From: Candidatus Saccharimonadota bacterium
Lineage (GTDB): Bacteria; Patescibacteriota; Saccharimonadia; Saccharimonadales; UBA4665
NCBI GenBank assembly: GCA_016699955.1
Contig: CP064993.1
Coordinates: 690,001-722,000, forward strand
DNA: 32,000 nucleotides
Reading direction: 5' to 3'
Shown: in pieces, positions 27,431-32,000 of the stretch
Layout: each line of letters opens with the position of its first letter
Position numbering within the stretch: the first letter of the stretch is position 1
Position numbers and translations under genes: made by a program
Notes under the pieces: model-generated
Told to the model about the DNA's origin: nothing
Database searches by the model: none
The model's input: the letters and a program-made list of their open reading frames with translations, nothing else

Positions 27431-27454
27431 TAGATTGTCCGGCCGGACAATCTA
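27431..27454. repeat. perfect 24-bp palindrome TAGATTGTCCGGCCGGACAATCTA (second copy of the operator-like element)
   Basis: Read directly from the sequence: it is its own reverse complement. It lies 8 nt after the regulator stop and about 170 nt upstream of the helicase start. Confidence 0.85.
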
Positions 27455-27621
27455 AAAATTAGGTGAATAATATATTCAGAGAGTTGCTTTGCGTGTAGTC
27501 TGAAGGGGTATACTGTAGGTAGTAGGTTTGGTATGCGATGAGGATGGGGAGGGCGAGGGCTTGCGGAGGCAGGGTAGGGTGCGACGACAAGGGTTTTACG
27601 TAGCGTAAGGAGAGCGATAGA

Positions 27622-29142
27622 GTGAGACAAAAGCAGGCACTGAGATTGATGATGGACGGAGAGTCCATTTTTTTGACGGGCGCGCCTGGGGCAGGGAAGA
27701 CGTATGTCCTAAATGAGTTCATTCGTCTCACAAAATCGCGGGGGAGAAATGTCGCCGTTACGGCTAGTACGGGCATTGCGGCTACTCACATTGGCGGTAG
27801 TACAATCCACTCCTGGTCGGGCTTGGGGATACTTGATAGCCTGAGCCAGTACGATGTATCTCGCCTGAGTGCAAAGTCAAATTTGGTGAAACGATATAAT
27901 GCTACCGATGCGCTGGTGATAGATGAGGTTTCGATGTTGCACGGCCACCGTCTCGACATGATCAACCAGTTGGCTAAAAAAATGCGTCAGAGTGACAAGC
28001 CATTTGGCGGACTTCAGGTGATTCTGGTTGGTGATCTGTTTCAGCTGCCACCAGTTACACGCGGTAGTGATGTGGCAGATTTTGCACACCAGAGTGCAGC
28101 CTGGCAAGAACTGGATCCAATTATTTGCTACCTGACGGAACAGCACCGACAAGCTGTTGGTGATACGCTGTTAGATCTGCTTGCTGCCATGCGCCGCGGT
28201 GACGTCAATGAATATCACGAAGCAGCGCTGCATGAACGTATGGGCCTTACGGCAGATGAAGGGCAGGCAGTAACGCGGCTCTACGCACACAATGTTGATG
28301 TCGACAGCATTAACCAGCGCCACTTGCGCGCTATCACCGCGCCGGCGCGCCGATACACCATGCAAGCCAAAGGCGTGGCTGCAAAGCGTGAACAGCTCAT
28401 GAAAAGCGTTTTGGCGCCAGAGGAGCTGGAGCTTAAGCGAGGTGCGGAAGTCATGTTTGTGGCAAATAGCCAAAAGGGTAAGTTTGTCAATGGAACGCGC
28501 GGCATGGTGATAGACTTTGTCGATACCGCCCCTCTGGTAGTGACGACTGGCGGACGTGAGGTGCTTGTTGAGCCACATAGCTGGTCACTCGAGGAAGACG
28601 GTCGGGTAAAGGCTGAGGTGACGCAGCTGCCGCTACGTTTAGCTTGGGCAATCACCATACATAAAAGTCAGGGGATGAGTCTTGACGCTGCCGAAATTGA
28701 CCTCAGTCGCACCTTTACACCAGGTATGGGCTATGTGGCGCTTTCCCGAGTAAGGAGCATGGATGGTGTATATCTGGCCGGCGTAAACCGCACGGCACTT
28801 GCCATGCACCCAGTTATATATGAGTACGATGTGTATCTGCGTGAACGTTCTGAAGAAATGGGGTTAAAAACAACCGATTATACCGAAGATAATAAGAAAA
28901 ATGAGGTTGAAGCAGCGCTCGATGAAGCTCTTTTAAGCATGCTCAAGAAATGGCGTACCACCCAGGCCACGAAAGAAAAAATCCCGTCCTACATGGTTTT
29001 CCATGACACCACACTGAAAGAACTTGCCACCCGCCGTCCCCAAACCAAGCAAGCCCTACTAGCCATAAAAGGCATGGGAAAAATGAAGCTTGAAAAATAT
29101 GCACCCAGTCTTCTCAAATTACTGATCTCCGAACCCACTTAG
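27622..29142 (+). CDS. Pif1/RecD-like superfamily-1 DNA helicase with C-terminal HRDC domain
   Basis: GTG start with AAGGAG upstream. Walker A FLTGAPGAGKTY, TASTGIAA..IGG.TIHS, Walker B LVIDEVSML and GDLFQLPPV (Pif1 signature region), plus AITIHKSQGMS. The C-terminal ~70 aa, IPSYMVFHDTTLKELA..RP.T...LL.IKGMG..KLEKY, has the HRDC pattern. Confidence 0.8.
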   Translation: MRQKQALRLMMDGESIFLTGAPGAGKTYVLNEFIRLTKSRGRNVAVTASTGIAATHIGGSTIHSWSGLGILDSLSQYDVSRLSAKSNLVKRYNATDALVIDEVSMLHGHRLDMINQLAKKMRQSDKPFGGLQVILVGDLFQLPPVTRGSDVADFAHQSAAWQELDPIICYLTEQHRQAVGDTLLDLLAAMRRGDVNEYHEAALHERMGLTADEGQAVTRLYAHNVDVDSINQRHLRAITAPARRYTMQAKGVAAKREQLMKSVLAPEELELKRGAEVMFVANSQKGKFVNGTRGMVIDFVDTAPLVVTTGGREVLVEPHSWSLEEDGRVKAEVTQLPLRLAWAITIHKSQGMSLDAAEIDLSRTFTPGMGYVALSRVRSMDGVYLAGVNRTALAMHPVIYEYDVYLRERSEEMGLKTTDYTEDNKKNEVEAALDEALLSMLKKWRTTQATKEKIPSYMVFHDTTLKELATRRPQTKQALLAIKGMGKMKLEKYAPSLLKLLISEPT

Positions 29143-29216
29143 CGCAACGCTCGTCAGGAGTCATACTAGCACTCGTAGTTGGTCGCAATTTTATCTCACT
29201 CTGGTATCATGATGGT

Positions 29217-29924
29217 ATGACGGAAAATCAAAAGACAGGGCAGGGGGGCAGAAAGCCCTGGTGGGTAAAACGGAAGCAGGGGGCTAAGCCTGTTGTGGCG
29301 CCGCCAAAGCCGAAGGGTAATTATGCATTTATTGACAGTCAAAACCTGAATCTTGGGGTGCAGAAGATCGGGTGGAAGATGGATTGGCACAAGTTTCGGG
29401 AATGGCTTAAGTCTGAGTACAACGTCGAGCAAGCGTTTATGTTCATTGGCTACATGCCGGACAACGAATCACTTTACGAGCAGATGTACGCTCATGGTTT
29501 TTTGGTTGTGCTAAAACCGACTGTGGATATCAAACCAACGCAGCAAGTAAAAGCCGTTGAAGATTCCTCGACTTTGTCCGGGGTATCAAAACCTAGCAAA
29601 CCAGGTGAAAATATGGGCAAGAAAACAGAGGAGACAGAAAAATCCCAGGTGAAGGGGAATATTGACGCAGACCTTGTACTGTATGCCATGAAAGAGCTGC
29701 CAAACTATGACAAAGCGGTGATTGTGAGTGGTGACGGCGACTTCTTTAGTCTTATTGAGTACCTGAGAGACGAAAAGAAGCTACTGAAGGTACTCGCGCC
29801 AAACCGACGGTTTTCGACGCTACTTCAGGGGTTTGACGAATATATAGAGGGGATTGATCAGCACCGCAGGGAGCTGGCATACCGTGATTTTCGCCACAAA
29901 AAACCAAACACCCGTACGAGGTAG
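29217..29924 (+). CDS. NYN-domain (LabA/DUF88-like, PIN-related) putative ribonuclease with basic N-tail
   Basis: AFIDSQNL (first acidic residue), F.GY, and then GNIDADLVLYAM and VIVSGDGDFFSLIEYL form the typical NYN/LabA acidic-residue set. A ~45-aa low-complexity insert (KPTQQVK...EKSQVK) is present. TGgTATCAT extended -10 ends 6 nt before the ATG. Confidence 0.78.
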   Translation: MTENQKTGQGGRKPWWVKRKQGAKPVVAPPKPKGNYAFIDSQNLNLGVQKIGWKMDWHKFREWLKSEYNVEQAFMFIGYMPDNESLYEQMYAHGFLVVLKPTVDIKPTQQVKAVEDSSTLSGVSKPSKPGENMGKKTEETEKSQVKGNIDADLVLYAMKELPNYDKAVIVSGDGDFFSLIEYLRDEKKLLKVLAPNRRFSTLLQGFDEYIEGIDQHRRELAYRDFRHKKPNTRTR

Positions 29925-30129
29925 TAGTGGCAGAGGTGAGGTTTTGCGTGACTCGAGTCTAACTACGCTCCTCGAACCTAAAAACGGCATCCCGTTGGTA
30001 GTAGAGCTTTAAGCCTTATCATATCGACAGCCGAGCGGGGTTGAAATTAAGAGGGGTAGTTGTTTTTCTGATGACGGGGGAGTAATAGGGGTGATTTTTA
30101 CTATGTTATCCTGCATAGCAAAACATAGA

Positions 30130-30161
30130 GTTGACAAAACGGTTATGTCTTGCTAATATAA
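30130..30161 (+). promoter_or_regulatory. sigma70-like promoter (TTGACA-17-TAATAT, overlapping TATAAT)
   Basis: TTGACA at 30130-30135 and TAATAT at 30153-30158 (TATAAT at 30156-30161), about 26 nt upstream of the 30187 ATG. Confidence 0.5.
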
Positions 30162-30186
30162 TGTAGTTCTATAAGAAACAAACAAT

Positions 30187-30441
30187 ATGTCAAAAACAAA
30201 AAAGAAACAGAATTGGTTACAGATGCACCCGGTACATTTACATGTCGGAATGTATGTGGGTATAGCGGCGCTGCTCATCACTGCTATGAAAACGAGCGAG
30301 GGGATGATAGCGGCTGTCTATTACAGCCCGGGTCACGGTAACGGGGAGGGCTTTAGCCATACCCATTTGCGGGAAGCAGAAACCCACATTGGTCATGCCC
30401 AACTCAGCTTTGCTCGCCCCGCCCGCGTAAGTGGAACATAA
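30187..30441 (+). CDS. hypothetical small His-rich membrane protein
   Basis: 84-aa ORF behind a consensus-like promoter with one hydrophobic helix (VGMYVGIAALLITAM). The His-rich tail contains HGNGEGFSHTHLREAETHIGH. No Shine-Dalgarno sequence is seen. Confidence 0.35.
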   Translation: MSKTKKKQNWLQMHPVHLHVGMYVGIAALLITAMKTSEGMIAAVYYSPGHGNGEGFSHTHLREAETHIGHAQLSFARPARVSGT

Positions 30442-30451
30442 ACTTGCCCTA

Positions 30452-30480
30452 TTGACAAAAAACTATAAAACGTATATAAT
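30452..30480 (+). promoter_or_regulatory. perfect consensus sigma70 promoter TTGACA-17-TATAAT, leaderless arrangement
   Basis: TTGACA at 30452-30457, a 17-nt spacer, and TATAAT at 30475-30480. The ATG of the next ORF begins 6 nt after the -10 element. Confidence 0.65.
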
Positions 30481-30486
30481 CGTAAC

Positions 30487-30996
30487 ATGACAAAGCCCCC
30501 CCGGCATCTTAGACTTTTCTCCTCAAACGGTGAGAAAGTGTCGCCTAAATACCCTCCAGAACAGGCCGCTGCACCCTTGACACGCAAGCAAAAACTGTTA
30601 CGTCGTTTATTGCCATTTGCCCTGTCTGCCGCCAGTGCAACAGGTGCCGCCATTGCAGTAGCTAGTCGTACGACAACAGCAGTCGTTGAACGTGGTGATT
30701 CGTACACAGTTACACATGATAATAGGGGCAAAACGTGTATTGAAGGGCAACTTACCATTGGGCCAGGAGATCTCGTTAGTGACGCAGTTGTTTCTGCTTT
30801 GGCCAAGGTTGGTCTCTCGCCAACGGATGCAAATGTTAATGCGGCAACACGTGACCAAGTTGCGTTGTACGGTTCTAATGGCAAACCTTTAAATCTGATG
30901 GCAGGCACCCCTGGAGAGGTAACAGTTACGGGAATATGTAGTATCCCAGGACAAGGTCAAAGAACGCTTACTCTTGAACCCCCCAACAAGCAGTAG
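30487..30996 (+). CDS. hypothetical signal-anchored/secreted protein
   Basis: 169 aa. A basic N-terminus is followed by LLPFALSAASATGAAIAVA (signal or anchor), then a Gly/Thr/Val-rich domain with two Cys. The perfect promoter directly upstream supports this strand over the equal-length antisense ORF. Confidence 0.5.
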   Translation: MTKPPRHLRLFSSNGEKVSPKYPPEQAAAPLTRKQKLLRRLLPFALSAASATGAAIAVASRTTTAVVERGDSYTVTHDNRGKTCIEGQLTIGPGDLVSDAVVSALAKVGLSPTDANVNAATRDQVALYGSNGKPLNLMAGTPGEVTVTGICSIPGQGQRTLTLEPPNKQ

Positions 30997-31064
30997 CAAC
31001 GAACGTGTATTTTCTGTGGAGAAATGGTGTGGATAATACCACTATATTCACATTTGTGTATTGC

Positions 31065-31112
31065 AGTGGGTGATAGTGGGTAGTAAACTGATGTCAGTGG
31101 GTAAAAGTAGGT
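31065..31112 (+). promoter_or_regulatory. phased AGTGGGT direct repeats: candidate MraZ operator
   Basis: AGTGGGT occurs at 31065, 31075 and 31096, with a degenerate AGTAGGT at 31106. Spacings are 10, 21 and 10 bp. The repeats lie 83-130 nt upstream of mraZ and overlap a possible TTGCAG-17-TAAACT promoter (31061-31089). Confidence 0.5.
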
Positions 31113-31194
31113 AGCCCGCCAAAAAGCTCTCTCGAACTTTAGGCAGACAAACAAAAATAAAAAACTCACTGTAACTTAAAACAATACAATAGCC

Positions 31195-31563
31195 ATGACA
31201 CAGGTGGATTACTTCCAGCGCAAACTTGACGATAAACGGCGGTTAACCATACCGACCGAGCTTCGAGACATGTTTGCTAGCGGGGCAGTAATCACTCGTG
31301 GATTTGGGCAGTATCTGCACCTCTACCCGAAAGATGTCTGGAATAACCTTGTTGAACCAAGGTTGGCCGGCGACATCCTAGACGAGCGGATCGCAGACCT
31401 GAACGTGCAATTTCGTACGGGCAAGGTCGAGCAATCACTCGATGGCAAGCAGGGGCGGATAACCCTGGAACAGCACTTACTTGATTATGCGGGCATACAA
31501 AAAGGTGTCACCGCGGTAAGTGTAGGGAATTACTGGCGTTTATTAGCAGCCGAGCAGGCATAG
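31195..31563 (+). CDS. mraZ: transcriptional regulator MraZ
   Basis: Two SpoVT-AbrB-like half-domains: KLDDKRRLTIPTELR and LDGKQGRITLEQHLLDYAGI.K.V. These align with E. coli MraZ LDSKGRLSVPTRYR and MDGAGRLLIAPVLRQHAGL. LHLYPKDVWN parallels LLLYPLPEWE. At 122 aa it is shorter than the usual ~150. Confidence 0.8.
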   Translation: MTQVDYFQRKLDDKRRLTIPTELRDMFASGAVITRGFGQYLHLYPKDVWNNLVEPRLAGDILDERIADLNVQFRTGKVEQSLDGKQGRITLEQHLLDYAGIQKGVTAVSVGNYWRLLAAEQA

Positions 31564-31715
31564 TGTCCTGCAGGGCAATCATATAACCTTAACAACCTAG
31601 AGAAAGCATGAAACATTAATCACGAATTTTTGATTTTTGAATCATGCAAAAACGAATAGACCTAAAAACGGATACATGATTCTAAAATCATGATTCAATA
31701 TTCAATTTTTTAGGG

Positions 31716-31961
31716 TCACCTATTTGGCAGTCAACACGTGGACAACCCGAAGGCACCACGCTAAAAAACCTTAGTTCTTTCCATAAAACACCTCCCAAAA
31801 CTCCACCTCACACATAAGTCTCTCACTTAGTTTCCGGGAAGTAGGAAGCCTTACAAGATTTTTTAAATCTTACTAAACTTTTGCTTCCTTACATACGGAC
31901 CGGAAACACCACAAAAACAAAAACTACAAACAAAACAAAAAGTTGGCTGCTAAATAGGTGA
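31716..31961. other. 20-bp long-range inverted repeat enclosing ~206 nt with nested hairpins: candidate structured ncRNA or MITE-like element
   Basis: TCACCTATTTGGCAGTCAAC (31716-31735) pairs with GTTGGCTGCTAAATAGGTGA (31942-31961). The only two non-Watson-Crick positions would be G.U pairs in a plus-strand RNA. Internal hairpins lie at 31737-31759 and 31831-31906. No ORF is present. Confidence 0.25.
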
Positions 31962-32000
31962 TAAACGCGCAAACATTTTCAATTAGAATTTGTTACGCAT

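Noticed and set aside
26821-27454. Possibility that the repeated palindrome plus a Cas2-like-domain protein represents a CRISPR locus
   Set aside because: There are only two copies, separated by a 573-bp protein-coding gene rather than short spacers. There are no further repeats and no cas1 or effector genes. The Cas2-like fold here is the PaaX-type regulator domain.
27459-27776. 105-aa minus-strand ORF spanning the palindrome-helicase intergenic region
   Set aside because: It overlaps the helicase Walker-A region and the G-rich tract. Its translation is Pro/Leu/Ser-rich with no motifs, and no promoter or Shine-Dalgarno sequence is visible.
29982-29995. Hairpin AACGG-CATC-CCGTT after the NYN gene as a terminator
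   Set aside because: The stem is only 5 bp. The T-run lies on the minus strand, where there is no gene to terminate, and no U-tract follows on the plus strand.
30393-30908. 171-aa minus-strand ORF antisense to the 30487-30996 ORF
   Set aside because: It runs across the perfect plus-strand promoter and into the preceding gene, and it has no start signals of its own. It is kept only as a caveat because both frames are open over a similar length.
31028-31036. Perfect DnaA-box 9-mer TGTGGATAA upstream of mraZ, with A/T-rich repeats downstream, as a possible oriC
   Set aside because: It is a single consensus box. By my rough estimate, one chance match to a 9-mer in 2 x 32 kb is not improbable. 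There is no cluster of boxes and no dnaA or dnaN nearby.
1-32000. tRNA, rRNA, tmRNA, RNase P or SRP RNA genes and transposase/integrase genes
   Set aside because: I scanned the intergenic regions by eye and saw no cloverleaf-compatible sequences or conserved RNA signatures. The GGAAGC-containing hairpin near 31840 only superficially resembles SRP helix 8. No ORF shows DDE or tyrosine/serine-recombinase motifs. A covariance-model scan is still advisable.

Overview
The window reads as a compact, gene-dense bacterial chromosome segment with mostly short or overlapping gene junctions. The gene content suggests a small-genome Patescibacteria/CPR (Saccharibacteria-like) organism, but that is inference only. 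About 0-23.4 kb is mainly housekeeping: S41 protease fragment, pyrG, a CheY-like receiver, rpmA, a YhhQ-type queuosine-precursor transporter, xseA/xseB, recO, glyQS, rnhA, a YbaK-like deacylase, msrA, a DAP-decarboxylase-family enzyme and an RND permease. Mixed in are a few oddities: an orphan HExxH protein, a 757-aa protein with two isoprenoid-synthase-like halves, a degenerate kinase/pseudo-receiver pair, and an AbrB-Doc toxin-antitoxin pair. About 23.4-31 kb looks accessory. It holds orphan membrane and secreted proteins, a possible DUF4868/KwaB-like protein, a PaaX/Cas2-like-domain regulator bracketed by two copies of a 24-bp palindrome, a Pif1-family helicase with an HRDC tail, and a NYN-domain nuclease. 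Several of these genes sit directly behind promoters in a leaderless arrangement. The window ends with mraZ, preceded by phased GTGGG repeats. Instead of rsmH, mraZ is followed by about 440 bp of non-coding, repeat-rich DNA that may be structured. I recognised no tRNA, rRNA, CRISPR array or transposase. All functional calls rest on motifs read by eye from the translations; no database search was run.
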